Assembly (NCBI GenBank): GCA_963669175.1
Contig: OY769902.1
Span: 1,440,001 to 1,504,000 of the forward strand
Origin: a bacterium
GTDB lineage: Bacteria; Electryoneota; Electryoneia; Electryoneales; Electryoneaceae
Direction: 5' to 3'
Length of the DNA stretch: 64,000 bases
The notes below the pieces were generated by a model. That model saw only the letters and a program-made list of their open reading frames with translations, was not told the origin of the DNA and searched no databases. This document shows positions 51,098 through 61,347 of this stretch, in pieces (within the stretch, counting starts at the first letter, position 1; every line of letters begins with the position of its first letter). The position numbers and the translations under genes were made by a program.

Positions 51098-52288
51098 TCA
51101 ATCCAGCTTGATCAAGCCATGTTCCATCGGTGTAACGATTTCGGCGCCGCCCGGTTTCACAATGACGGTATTTTCAAGGCCGACTCCGCCGTGGTAATAG
51201 ATCACCTTCGGTTCAATTGCGACGACCATGTTTTCTTCGAGGGGTGTGCTGAAGCGTTTAGCCAGAACAGGCCACTCATCCAATTCCAGCCCGACACCAT
51301 GTCCTACAAATCGCACTTTGTTGGTATCACGGTTCATGTAGAATTCACCCAGACCGAGTAATTCCGCCTGTTCCAGTGTCCACATGTACAAGGCTTCCGG
51401 ATCGGCGCCGGGAACCATACGTTTTGCCAGTTCTTCAATGATTCTAACGCAAAAATCATGCGCTGCGATAAAATGTTTGTCCAGTTTCCCGAAGTAATAG
51501 GTCCGGGTCATATCGGTCAGGTAACCATCAACGCCGGCGGTGATATCCACCAGGATCGGTTTATTTTCGACAATCAACCCATCTCCGGCGCCTGCTGGAG
51601 CCAGACGATTGCGTCCTGGTTGTGCAATTGGACCGTCAAATGCGCTGTGTGCATTTACCGAATCCCCACAGGCAACAACCCCCGCCGCTTCTGAGTTGAA
51701 CCCACGAGTGCGTCCGAGGGCCTGATCTCCGGCGCGTCGCAGGGCGACTTCCATCTGCGCCTGCACTTCGTATTCATACATGCCGGGCTTGATGATGCTT
51801 GTGAGTGCTTCGAAACCCTTCACCAGGACTTGCCCACTTCTACGGATAATAGCCAGTTCCGCTTCAGATTTTACACTGCGCTGGGTTCGAATCAGGGGAG
51901 AGATGTCTGTATATTTTTCTGCGTCCGGCCAGACTTTAGAGCACATACGTTTCCAGTTGGAAACGGGAAGCACATCCTCTTCAAATCCAATGCTTTTCCA
52001 GGAATGAAAGCCATCCTCTATGAGTTCACTATGAAGCCGCCCAAAACTCGGAATAGGTTGTATATCCCAGGGACAGTTACTCGCAATCAGTCCCTGGCCG
52101 CGCCAGACATACAAAACCGGTTCGCCATCAACAGGCACGGCAAGCGCCCCCTGAAAAACCGAACCAGTATAATAAATCATATCTGCGCGTTGAAGAAGCA
52201 GAGCGCCATCAAGACCAAGTCCTGAAATATTTTCCTGAAACTTGTGCAAACGGGATTGAATCTCTGAGGAAGGAATGTTCTCTGCCAT
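51098..52288 (-). CDS. Xaa-Pro aminopeptidase family (M24) protein
   Basis: RSVKSEAE, GYLTDMTRT, GHGVGLELDEWP, AIEPK, GLEN. Confidence 0.92.
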   Translation of the reverse strand: MAENIPSSEIQSRLHKFQENISGLGLDGALLLQRADMIYYTGSVFQGALAVPVDGEPVLYVWRGQGLIASNCPWDIQPIPSFGRLHSELIEDGFHSWKSIGFEEDVLPVSNWKRMCSKVWPDAEKYTDISPLIRTQRSVKSEAELAIIRRSGQVLVKGFEALTSIIKPGMYEYEVQAQMEVALRRAGDQALGRTRGFNSEAAGVVACGDSVNAHSAFDGPIAQPGRNRLAPAGAGDGLIVENKPILVDITAGVDGYLTDMTRTYYFGKLDKHFIAAHDFCVRIIEELAKRMVPGADPEALYMWTLEQAELLGLGEFYMNRDTNKVRFVGHGVGLELDEWPVLAKRFSTPLEENMVVAIEPKVIYYHGGVGLENTVIVKPGGAEIVTPMEHGLIKLD

Positions 52289-52385
52289 TAAAAACTGCCT
52301 TTCGTTCGAGGCTGCAAACATGTTTGTTAAACCGTCTTGCTCTCGAAGAATATAATGATATCCTCATTTGTTACAAACGCATTAT

Positions 52386-54650
52386 CTACAATCCCGCTCT
52401 ACTACCAACCTGGTAAATAAGAACTGCGATACCCCACGCGAATGCGAATGTATAGGATGCCAGGAATATCGGCCACTTCCATGATCCCAGTTCCTTTTTT
52501 ACTACCGCCAGCGTGGCCAGGCAGGGCACATAAATCAGGACAAAGAACATCATCGCCAATGCCATGGATGCGCTGTATTCCGGATTGGACGCAAATTCCC
52601 GTTGCAGGGTGGCGCTCACCCCCTCTTCCTCGCTGTCGCCAAGACCATGTACGATGCCCAGGGTTGAAATGATCACTTCCTTGGCGGTTAATCCACCGAG
52701 TAACCCGATTGAAATGCGCCAGTCAAATCCCGCCGGTTTGAAAACCGGTTCCATGGCGATACCGATCCGTCCCAGGAAACTGTGTTCGATAGCATCTCGC
52801 GCGGCCTCATTTTCCAGCAGGGCAACACGTTCATCCAATTGAGTCAGTTCTGCTTCTGTTGGCGGCACACTGGCCGTCAGCTTCCACTCATTGAAAGCCT
52901 GCTGGCGACTGTTGTCCAGGTCAGCTTCATAGTTCGGGGGTTTCGGGTAATACAACAGGAACCAGATCACGATGCTGAGACCGAGAATGATGGTTCCGGC
53001 CTTGCGGACATACATGTAACTCCGATCCCACATGTGCATCAGGATTGCGCGGGGGGTAGGCATACGGTATGGTGGCAGTTCCATGACAAAAGGCGACACT
53101 TCACCGCGAAACAGGGTTTTACGGAAAACCCAGGCGACGGTGAAAGAAATCAACCAGCCGGCCAGCCAGACCAGCCAGAAAACGGTCCCGGCTTTTTCTT
53201 CGAAAAACGCGGAAGCGAGCATGGCGACAACCGGCACCTTCGCGCCACACATCATGATCGGAGTTACCAGGACAGTAATGATGCGGTCTCGAGGATTCAC
53301 CAGAGTGCGAGCGCTCATTACTGCCGGAACAGCACATCCGGTTGCAATCATAAAGGGGATAAAGCTGCGGCCGTGCATACCGAACAGATGAAAAAACTTG
53401 TCCATCACAAAGGCAGCGCGGGCCATGTATCCGCTGTCTTCCAGGAATGACAAACCAAGGAACAGCAGGACAACCAACGGGAGAAACTCAATCACACCGC
53501 CAACACCGCCGATGATGCCGTCTACAAGAAGATCACGGAGCGCAGTGTCCGGCATGGTCGATGTCAGGAATTCACCCAACTTTCCAAAACCGATTCCAAT
53601 CCACTCGCCCAGCGGGTTTCCAAGCATAAAGGTGAACTGGTAAATCCCGAACATCACGATAAAGAACAGAACAAAGCCGAAGTAACGGTTCAATACTATC
53701 TTGTCGACTTTGTTTGTGAAAGAATCCGCCTTAACCGGATGTGTACGTTTTACCGATTCACGCACGGCGCCGTGGATATACGCATAGCGTTGTTCACCAA
53801 CAACCTGTACGCTCTCGTCTTTATAATGCTTGTACAACCACTTTCGGGATTGAGCAGCTCGATCCAGGACGATAAAAGCATCCTGATGGCCCTGCTCTAC
53901 CTTTTCGGTAGCATGCTTATCCTCTTCAAGCAGTTTTATCGCGATCCAACGGGCAGGATATTTCTCCGCAAATTCACGATCCGAATTCAAGATTGGAAGA
54001 AGCTTCTCAATTTCCCCTTCGATTTCGCGACCGTAATTGATGCTGCGTCCAAGTAATCCGCGATTGCCTTCATAGATATCAACAATAAGGTCAAGCAGGG
54101 CGCCGATTCCACGTCCGCTGCGGCCTACAGTCTTTACCAGGGGAACATCCAGAATGTCGCCAAGATGCTTCTCATTGATATCAATGCCGTTCATCTCGGC
54201 TTCATCACTCATGTTCAACGCGCCGACAACCGGAAGACCCAATTCCTGGAATTGAAGGCACAGGTAAAGGTTGCGCTCAAGGTTGGTCGAGTCAAGGACA
54301 TCCACGATCAGGTTGGGACGATCTTTCAGAACATATTCACGAGTGACAATTTCTTCCGGAGAATACGCAGTCAGACTGTACGTGCCCGGTAGATCAACAA
54401 ATTCGATCCTGTATTTTCCGTGGTGACGATACCCGATTTTCTTCTCAACCGTAACGCCGGAATAATTACCGACATGCTGGTTTTGTCCTGTCAAATAGTT
54501 AAACAGGCTGGTCTTGCCGGAATTTGGGTTGCCTGCCAGTGCAACACGAATGGTGTTGTCAGTCTCATTACTGTCGCCATTTTGCGCCGGGAACAGCGGG
54601 AATCGGCGCCATCCGTGCCGTTGTCGTCTACGTTCATGAATCTCTGGCAT
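52386..54650 (-). CDS. feoB: Ferrous iron transport protein B
   Basis: GNPNSGKT, GVTVEKK, DLPGTYSL, LEDSGYMARAAF, GCAVPA, FVMELPPY, YVPC. Confidence 0.97.
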   Translation of the reverse strand: MPEIHERRRQRHGWRRFPLFPAQNGDSNETDNTIRVALAGNPNSGKTSLFNYLTGQNQHVGNYSGVTVEKKIGYRHHGKYRIEFVDLPGTYSLTAYSPEEIVTREYVLKDRPNLIVDVLDSTNLERNLYLCLQFQELGLPVVGALNMSDEAEMNGIDINEKHLGDILDVPLVKTVGRSGRGIGALLDLIVDIYEGNRGLLGRSINYGREIEGEIEKLLPILNSDREFAEKYPARWIAIKLLEEDKHATEKVEQGHQDAFIVLDRAAQSRKWLYKHYKDESVQVVGEQRYAYIHGAVRESVKRTHPVKADSFTNKVDKIVLNRYFGFVLFFIVMFGIYQFTFMLGNPLGEWIGIGFGKLGEFLTSTMPDTALRDLLVDGIIGGVGGVIEFLPLVVLLFLGLSFLEDSGYMARAAFVMDKFFHLFGMHGRSFIPFMIATGCAVPAVMSARTLVNPRDRIITVLVTPIMMCGAKVPVVAMLASAFFEEKAGTVFWLVWLAGWLISFTVAWVFRKTLFRGEVSPFVMELPPYRMPTPRAILMHMWDRSYMYVRKAGTIILGLSIVIWFLLYYPKPPNYEADLDNSRQQAFNEWKLTASVPPTEAELTQLDERVALLENEAARDAIEHSFLGRIGIAMEPVFKPAGFDWRISIGLLGGLTAKEVIISTLGIVHGLGDSEEEGVSATLQREFASNPEYSASMALAMMFFVLIYVPCLATLAVVKKELGSWKWPIFLASYTFAFAWGIAVLIYQVGSRAGL

Positions 54651-55662
54651 CCATAACCTCAATCACTACATCTTTTGCTTCTGCACGGCGAAGCGATAAC
54701 AGGTAACCGTACAGCTCAATCTCAATCGGGTCACGAAGCAATGCTTCACGTATCACAGAACCTTTTGCGCCACGGATAAATCCCATGTCGATCAGGCGTT
54801 GACGGATTTCGCCTTTCGCTTTCAGGCGTTGCACGGTAAACGCACTTCCCGGGGGGATATCCGCAAGGGACAATTGGACTCTTTTCTCCGGTTCTGCTTT
54901 GACTAGTTCTTCAAGGGGACGCTTTACCCAGAGAAAGACAGTTTCGGCCTGCTCCGCATTCAGGGTTTTATCTTCGCCGGCAACATGTAAATGTACTCTG
55001 CCATTCTGCCTGCCAATGAACCGGATGGTCGATCCGGGCAACAGTCCCATACGAATCAACTCGCGACGGGCGACTTCACTGCCCAAGAGGCGAGTAATGT
55101 AGCCTTCCTGTCCTGCTTCCAGATCGGCCAGGCTGCGAATCCCAAGATTCTCAGCCAGCCGTTTCTGCTCCTGCCAGATACCGCATTCAGACAGTTCATG
55201 GACATGATCACATTCATGGTCCATTCGGTTCAACCAGTTGTCACGGAAATGGATGACCAGGTCATGGTCCACTTTCGGGCAATAGGTGATGAATTCCGTA
55301 AACGCGGCGAGCCGTTCCATGGTGGACAGGCTCAGGGCGTGCTCCAGGGAGCAGGCGTCTTTCTCTGCCGTTTCCGGGTCTACCTGCAGCAGGTCAGAGA
55401 GGAATGTTTTGAGGAAATGATGCCGCTGATCGATACTGAACGCGAGCTCACGTCCCTCTTCGGTGAGGTCTACATACTCGCGCGCCTGGTACTCAACGAG
55501 TCCCTCTTTGGCGAGTCGCTGCAATGCGGATACCACGCTGGAAGTCTTGACATCCTTGGCTTTCGCGATATCTCGCACACGTGCGAATCTATGTTCCTGA
55601 ACCAGCCGGAAGATGATTTCGAGATAATCTTCAAGGCTTTCTGTTAATGCACCAACCTGCAT
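54634..55662 (-). CDS. DtxR/MntR-family metal-dependent regulator fused to two FeoA domains
   Basis: SLEDYLE...DACSLEHALS; RRELIRMGLLPG; RQRLIDMGFIRG...DPIEI...LSLRRAEA. Confidence 0.9.
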   Translation of the reverse strand: MQVGALTESLEDYLEIIFRLVQEHRFARVRDIAKAKDVKTSSVVSALQRLAKEGLVEYQAREYVDLTEEGRELAFSIDQRHHFLKTFLSDLLQVDPETAEKDACSLEHALSLSTMERLAAFTEFITYCPKVDHDLVIHFRDNWLNRMDHECDHVHELSECGIWQEQKRLAENLGIRSLADLEAGQEGYITRLLGSEVARRELIRMGLLPGSTIRFIGRQNGRVHLHVAGEDKTLNAEQAETVFLWVKRPLEELVKAEPEKRVQLSLADIPPGSAFTVQRLKAKGEIRQRLIDMGFIRGAKGSVIREALLRDPIEIELYGYLLSLRRAEAKDVVIEVMDARDS

Positions 55663-55674
55663 GCCGTCCTCTGG

Positions 55675-55751
55675 TAGACATTCCTAACAAAGATAGAACT
55701 TCTTGAGTATCAAGCACAAGATGAAGCTCGAAGAGTAGGGATGCCTAATTT
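55675..55751 (-). promoter_or_regulatory. Two candidate DtxR/MntR operator boxes
   Basis: Minus strand AAATTAGG-CATC-CCTAC (55751-55735) and TTAGG-AATG-TCTA (55687-55675, next to the RBS). Confidence 0.45.
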
Positions 55752-55880
55752 AAGCTCTCAAGTACACAAAAGCTAGTTGTTTATCGGCTGGTGTTCTGGC
55801 TATGGAATATTTGCTGAAAAACCGGAATTGACCCTTGTCGGTCAGTCCCGGCTTGTTGTTTTGCTATCTATAGTGTTGTT

Positions 55881-55942
55881 AAAAATGTCCCATCATGTCA
55901 TCCCCGGCCTTGTACGCCGAGGCGTATTGACCGGGGATCTCG
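55881..55942. repeat. Family C REP hairpin (GTCATCCCCGG...CCGGGGATCTC) with insert in the loop
   Basis: Related copies at 24756-24787 and 49933-50000; shared tail GATGACA..ATG.GACATT also at about 22768 and 49506. Confidence 0.65.
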
Positions 55943-55995
55943 CAGTTATTCTATTCATGGGACAATACTTAGGCAACCTGCTATATCTTACCTGG

Positions 55996-56202
55996 TCACG
56001 CCGCCAGTTCGTCATTCACTTCCTGGATAATCTCATCGACGTTTTCGAATCCTGCGTCACGAATCGCTTCGGCAACAGTTTTCCATAACGGTGTGCCGCA
56101 CTGGATGCAGATGATGTTCCTGCGGGTCAGCAGGCCGATCGCCTTTGGTACCGCCGCCGCCACATCTTCCAGGTCCATATCGCCAGTAATCTTGCTGCTC
56201 AT
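55996..56202 (-). CDS. DUF1858-like small protein
   Basis: KITGDM...P....L....I.CIQCG...W.TV.EA; SD GAGG. Confidence 0.75.
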   Translation of the reverse strand: MSSKITGDMDLEDVAAAVPKAIGLLTRRNIICIQCGTPLWKTVAEAIRDAGFENVDEIIQEVNDELAA

Positions 56203-56465
56203 GGTATCCTCACTGTTGGTTGTTTATCCTGTTGGATGCATAAGGTAGGGGAAAGGTGCGTGAGTGGAAAACAGGGGGTCGCAATTCGTGTTTGTCATCT
56301 CACCAAATACAAATGTCATTGCTGACGGATTTTACTCAGGGTAGAACTTCAATCCATGAATACGCTCCAAGAGCGCATGCCAATTCGAAGCAGTCAGGGA
56401 GCGATAAGTAAATAGATAAATTCAATTAATGTATTAAATATAATAATATAATTATTTAGGTCATA

Positions 56466-56502
56466 ATATATATATATATATATATGTGTGTGTGTATGTG
56501 TG
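56466..56502. repeat. (AT)n(GT)n microsatellite in an AT-rich intergenic region
   Basis: About 10 AT units followed by GTGTGTGTGTATGTGTG. Confidence 0.85.
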
Positions 56503-56819
56503 ACTATTGCTAATCTTATAACATATTTTAACTATTATATATATTACTGTTATACAGTTGATATTTCTATATTTTTTAAAAAAAACACTTGATATCCATC
56601 GCACAGGATGAATAGTTTATATTATAGAGTATAGAGACTCTTCTAGTTGTGTATGAGAAGATCGTACGCATGCATAATTGTCTATCATTATTAAAATTAT
56701 AGATTTACAAACCTGAAACAATATGTAAAAAAACATCTTCTTTATAGATTTTATGGTCAGTATTAATTATGTTCTCATGGGGGGAACATGAATACTGACA
56801 TGTATTGAAAGGGGGCATC

Positions 56820-57314
56820 ATGCGAGCCACATCAACAACCAAAGCGTTAGTGTTACTGGCAGCCTTATTGGTGGCCACTGCGTCAGTTGCAGCGCCACCT
56901 ACGTACCATTGGGGCTACAGTATGAGTAGTTTGGGATTTAACGAAAGCGACAATCATTACATCCAGAATGCTGTATTACTTGGCGATCATTGTACTGTCA
57001 CAACTACAGTATCGGTTGCACTAGAAGGTAATCCAGACAACATTCCCACAGATGGCTTTTCTGAATATGCAAAAGCATGGTGTGGGCCATCAGTGGGAAT
57101 TCAATATGCGTCAGCGTGTGTTGATGAAACAGAAATGCGTCTGCTAACTACATCTGAGATTGATACTGATGAAAATGTTCCCGTAGCTACAAATGTAGCT
57201 TCATACCGTGTCCGATGGGAATCCAGTGACTACCCTCCGTATTATCCAACTGGCGCAGTAATGGCTTATTGGGGATTCAATATGAGTTTTGTGAATCCTT
57301 ATGGTGAACAATAA
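56820..57314 (+). CDS. Small secreted hypothetical protein
   Basis: Signal peptide MRATSTTKALVLLAALLVATASVA; SD AAGGGGG. Confidence 0.7.
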   Translation: MRATSTTKALVLLAALLVATASVAAPPTYHWGYSMSSLGFNESDNHYIQNAVLLGDHCTVTTTVSVALEGNPDNIPTDGFSEYAKAWCGPSVGIQYASACVDETEMRLLTTSEIDTDENVPVATNVASYRVRWESSDYPPYYPTGAVMAYWGFNMSFVNPYGEQ

Positions 57315-57338
57315 TAGTTAATCATTTTTCTGGCGATA

Positions 57339-57370
57339 CCAATACCCCTGTCATATGACAGGGGTATTGG
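57339..57370. promoter_or_regulatory. Perfect 32-bp palindrome between two genes, abutting the RBS
   Basis: CCAATACCCCTGTCAT|ATGACAGGGGTATTGG followed by GGGAGG-4nt-ATG; no U tract on the + strand. Confidence 0.6.
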
Positions 57371-57380
57371 GGGAGGCAAC

Positions 57381-59723
57381 ATGCGAAAAAGAGATATTGA
57401 TATACTATACACATTATGTAATATATTAATAATATTAATATTAATATCACTACATAAAATAGCACAAGCACAATGGAATACAATAGATTATGGTGTACCA
57501 GTGATGAACTCAATTGCAGTCAGCGATGAAGAAAATGATATAGTTGTTGCTATTAGGACGAAAGGTTATTGGAGATCTTATAATAGAGGTCTAGAATGGG
57601 AATTTATAAATGATAATATATTAAATGGATATACTTTATATCCAAGAGATATATGGAGTAACTCTAGTAGTATTGATACGTTAATATTAAAAAATATCAT
57701 ACATGATCGAAGTGAATTACTGATATTTACTTATACTTATACATTAGATGGAGGTGAAACTTGGGAATTTATCAATGATACGACTATTGCCAGAGCTACA
57801 TTTGACAAATGTATAATCACAAATCGTCCCGAGCCAAGCCTTTTATATTTAAGTGGTTCCAGGTTCAATCGAATGACATTACCAGATGGAGACTGGGTGA
57901 CCACGCTCGCTGATTCTTTTTCACATGAAAAGAACTTCCTTTACCAGGATCCCTTTGATGACAGCACCCTTTACTTCGGCAACTGGTTTCAACATGCGGA
58001 GGGGTATGGTTCTTTCAGTGGATTGAATGTATCAACCGATTTTGGCGCGACATGGAATATGGTAATTGATCTGTATGCGATATTCGGGGTTCAACATGCA
58101 GAAGTCAATGGTTTCTGCCATATGCCCAATGGTGACATGATTGCCCTGGTAACAGTCCGTAATTCCGGGGATAATGAATACTGGTACAATGGCAGTTTTG
58201 TGAAGAAACAACAAGGTGACACCACCTGGTACCGTACCGGTTTTGAATTACCTTATCAACACTATCCCTATGCCCTGAAAGAAGATAAAACGCTGGAGGG
58301 GCGTCTGTATACCTGGATGGATGCAGGTGGATTTGGGTTGTGGTGTTCTGATGATTATGGTGAGTCCTGGTCACGCATGCAGGGTGGATTGCCCCAATGT
58401 TATTTCCATCCCCTCGACCTTTTTCAGAACAGCTCTTCAGGCACTCTCTACCTGTTGGGTGAAGGATATGAAATCCTCGCCAGCCAGGATCATGGAGAAT
58501 CATGGTATCCAATCCCGTCACCTGATATTGGTGTCAGTGGCTGGATCAGCATTTTACCGGAGGCGGTCCATTATGTGACCCAGGGTATCAGGTGCTTTTA
58601 CCTGGATGATGTCAACTCCGGCTGGGAGGAGCTTCATTTCGCAAAACCGGAAGACAGAACCGCCATTATAGATCCGGTATGCTATGATTCCGGCGATACT
58701 TTGATTGCACCTGCATTTACCTATCCGGATATGGAAGGGTACCTAGACCTGAATTATTGCATGGCGTTGAGCTATGATGGTGGCGAAACCTGGGACTACG
58801 GTGAACGCATTTACGAGGGACGTGGATGGATGCATCATTTTCAGGATAGTTCTATAGTCCGCATGCTCACTGTTATTGCGATTGATTCCATGGCAATCAG
58901 TACAGATCTCGGGCAGACCTGGACTCACTATCCTCAACCTTCAGATGCGAATTACCTGTATCGGTTGCAGAACCGTGATTTTCTCTACGTAGCAACAGAT
59001 ACCGATGTATACAGGTTTACTTTTGCAACAGCCGAATGGGTTAACACCGGGTATTCAGGACGGGAACTTGACTTTCATGCTTTGCTCTGCCTGCATGAGG
59101 GCAGGCCGTTTATCAAGGATGAACATGCCAACCTGTGGTACTGGAACCAGGATGAAACCTGGGAATTTGTTTGTGCTTTGCCCTTTGATATGGATGGTAT
59201 GACGTTGATACCCAGTGATCCGGCAATTCTCTGCGCAGGATGCAAATCGTCCGGTGATATCTACTATTCAACCAATCTTGGTGCAAGCTGGAGCCTACTG
59301 GATGCAGCCTATCCTGACCAGTTGCTGGAATTTGTGAATTGGGTTGAAGTTCTTTATGATCCCTATCGCGACCTGGTCTGGCTTGATACCAACATCGGCC
59401 TGTTTTATATGTCGGCTGAGGAATTCAGATATCTTGAGACGCCAGTCCGCGTTCAGAATGCTGATTTTCATGAGATCAGTGTATTCCCCAACCCCAGTAA
59501 CCACATGGTTTCCATTAATTATACCATCTCACAACCGAACCATGTCGCGATTGATATCTACAATATTGAAGGGCGTTTGGTGGAACACCTCTATGATGGG
59601 TACAGAGAGCAGGGCAGGTATGCCATTTCATGGCAGGCGGATAATGTGAGCTCGGGAACCTATTTTGTTAAAGTGAACCACGCTGAAAAAACGCTGGTTC
59701 GAAAAGTAGAGATTATCAAGTGA
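57381..59723 (+). CDS. BNR/Asp-box (VPS10/sialidase-like) beta-propeller protein with T9SS-type C-terminal domain
   Basis: Repeated S.D.G.(T/S)W motifs; C-terminus FPNPSN...SSGTYFVKV...KVEIIK. Confidence 0.85.
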   Translation: MRKRDIDILYTLCNILIILILISLHKIAQAQWNTIDYGVPVMNSIAVSDEENDIVVAIRTKGYWRSYNRGLEWEFINDNILNGYTLYPRDIWSNSSSIDTLILKNIIHDRSELLIFTYTYTLDGGETWEFINDTTIARATFDKCIITNRPEPSLLYLSGSRFNRMTLPDGDWVTTLADSFSHEKNFLYQDPFDDSTLYFGNWFQHAEGYGSFSGLNVSTDFGATWNMVIDLYAIFGVQHAEVNGFCHMPNGDMIALVTVRNSGDNEYWYNGSFVKKQQGDTTWYRTGFELPYQHYPYALKEDKTLEGRLYTWMDAGGFGLWCSDDYGESWSRMQGGLPQCYFHPLDLFQNSSSGTLYLLGEGYEILASQDHGESWYPIPSPDIGVSGWISILPEAVHYVTQGIRCFYLDDVNSGWEELHFAKPEDRTAIIDPVCYDSGDTLIAPAFTYPDMEGYLDLNYCMALSYDGGETWDYGERIYEGRGWMHHFQDSSIVRMLTVIAIDSMAISTDLGQTWTHYPQPSDANYLYRLQNRDFLYVATDTDVYRFTFATAEWVNTGYSGRELDFHALLCLHEGRPFIKDEHANLWYWNQDETWEFVCALPFDMDGMTLIPSDPAILCAGCKSSGDIYYSTNLGASWSLLDAAYPDQLLEFVNWVEVLYDPYRDLVWLDTNIGLFYMSAEEFRYLETPVRVQNADFHEISVFPNPSNHMVSINYTISQPNHVAIDIYNIEGRLVEHLYDGYREQGRYAISWQADNVSSGTYFVKVNHAEKTLVRKVEIIK

Positions 59724-59818
59724 GTTCTGAAGTTGGAAAGTTACAAAGTTATTTTAGGCGAATATTGGGGATTGACCCATTGGCGTCTGTCCCTGTTTTT
59801 CGTGTACAAGGAATATAA

Positions 59819-60736
59819 TTACGGCCGGATACCATTCCGGTCGATAGCCAGTGAGGTACGTCGTCCTTCGATGCCGGGGGTGCCCAGTTCACGGCCGTCC
59901 AGTTGAAGCGTAATCCCGCCGCCGTTGCCTACCACCATGTTGAACAGGGAGTCGGCACGATACACAGCGGTTTCACCCGGCTGGAGCAAGGCTTCCTTGG
60001 GGGAGGCTTCTTTCTTGTCCATGATCACCTGGAACCAGCATTCGGACTTGGCGGTCACGGTAAGCGACAGGCGTCCCGATCCTGCAATGGACCGTGGGCG
60101 TTGGTTTGGCGCGGGTTGAGGTTGCGCCTGTTCCTGTTTCGTGGCGGGTTCTATAGCGGGTGTTGCCTCGTTCCCCTGGGCAAGGCTGTCTCCGGTTACC
60201 TGTTCAGCAGGAGTGTCGAGATCTTCAACACGAAACTCGTTTTCGACTGGTTCACTGCGCGGCATGAAAAAGATCACAGCCAGAACGGCAACGACAATTA
60301 CTACGCCCACCAGCCAGTAAACAGCAGGGGGCTTGGCCAGGTTGCCGAAGGTTTCGCCCAGGTTCACATTGGAGCCGGGTTCATCTTCAACCAGTTCACC
60401 TGACGGAATTTTCGGTGGCGGCAGTTTCTTGCGTTTTTTCTCGACACGGTCGTATTGACCACCGGTAAGATCGACTGGAACCGGGGGGATTCCGGTAATG
60501 GTGTCGTACTGGTTCAGGACTTCCTCAACATCCATGCTGAGGATTCGTGCATAAGTGCGGAGGAAGGAACGGATGTAGGGGGTGGGCAGGAATTCCCAGT
60601 CACCCTCCTCGAGTTTCTCGAGGTATTGCACGCTGATCTTGCTGCGCTCCGCGATACGTCCCAATTCCAGGTTCTGGTATTCACGGGCAGCCTTCAGCTC
60701 GTCGCAAAACTCCTTTATCCTTTTTTCCGGAGCCAT
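59819..60736 (-). CDS. rodZ: RodZ-like cytoskeleton protein (HTH, TM, DUF4115)
   Basis: ELKAARE...ISVQYLEKLEEG...YIRSFLRTYARIL; CWFQV...VGNGGGI.L.LDG. Confidence 0.85.
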   Translation of the reverse strand: MAPEKRIKEFCDELKAAREYQNLELGRIAERSKISVQYLEKLEEGDWEFLPTPYIRSFLRTYARILSMDVEEVLNQYDTITGIPPVPVDLTGGQYDRVEKKRKKLPPPKIPSGELVEDEPGSNVNLGETFGNLAKPPAVYWLVGVVIVVAVLAVIFFMPRSEPVENEFRVEDLDTPAEQVTGDSLAQGNEATPAIEPATKQEQAQPQPAPNQRPRSIAGSGRLSLTVTAKSECWFQVIMDKKEASPKEALLQPGETAVYRADSLFNMVVGNGGGITLQLDGRELGTPGIEGRRTSLAIDRNGIRP

Positions 60737-60741
60737 ATCCC

Positions 60742-61347
60742 TCAATCTGTCCTGTTAGAAGTGTACAGACGATCTGCTTCCTGCATGACCCGTGCAAGCG
60801 GCAAACCGACTACATTGAAATAGCATCCTTCTAACCGATCCACAAACATGCCAGCCCGTTCCTGGATGCCATACCCGCCCGCTTTGTCAAACGGACGGCA
60901 TTCTTGAATGTACTCACTGATTTCACGTGAATGAAGAGCACGAAAGCGAACTCTTGTTTTTTCTACTCCTTCCGTAACTCTCCACCCGGCGCCGTGTTTT
61001 TCCTCTCGAAACGCCAGCACAAACCCGGTTACAACTTCATGCCATGTCCCGGCCAAGCGAGTCAGCATGGCCTGCGCTTCCTGCTCGTTTGCCGGTTTCC
61101 CGACAGGTGTGCCGTCGATTACAACTTCGGTATCCGCTGCCAGTACGAACCCCGCGCTAACTTTTTCACAGACGACCCGGCTTTTCCGACGGGCGTTTTC
61201 CAGTACTGTCGCCTCCGGGTCACCATTGTTCAGCTCGTCCACATCGGCCGGGCAGACCTCAGGTTCGATACCGGCTTGACGTAATAACGCGAGCCTGCGT
61301 GGAGAAGCGGATGCCAGTGTCCATTTTACGTCGCGTAGTGAGGTCAC
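60742..61347 (-). CDS. maf: Maf family nucleotide pyrophosphatase
   Basis: LASASPRR, LAADTEV, GKP, DKAGGYGIQ, GCYFNVVGLPL; GTGA overlap with the upstream gene. Confidence 0.93.
   Translation of the reverse strand: MTSLRDVKWTLASASPRRLALLRQAGIEPEVCPADVDELNNGDPEATVLENARRKSRVVCEKVSAGFVLAADTEVVIDGTPVGKPANEQEAQAMLTRLAGTWHEVVTGFVLAFREEKHGAGWRVTEGVEKTRVRFRALHSREISEYIQECRPFDKAGGYGIQERAGMFVDRLEGCYFNVVGLPLARVMQEADRLYTSNRTD

Noticed and set aside
54634-54662. Frameshifted DtxR-FeoA-FeoB fusion
   Set aside because: feoB has its own ATG (54650) with GAGG upstream and no slippery sequence is evident; a short overlap explains it.
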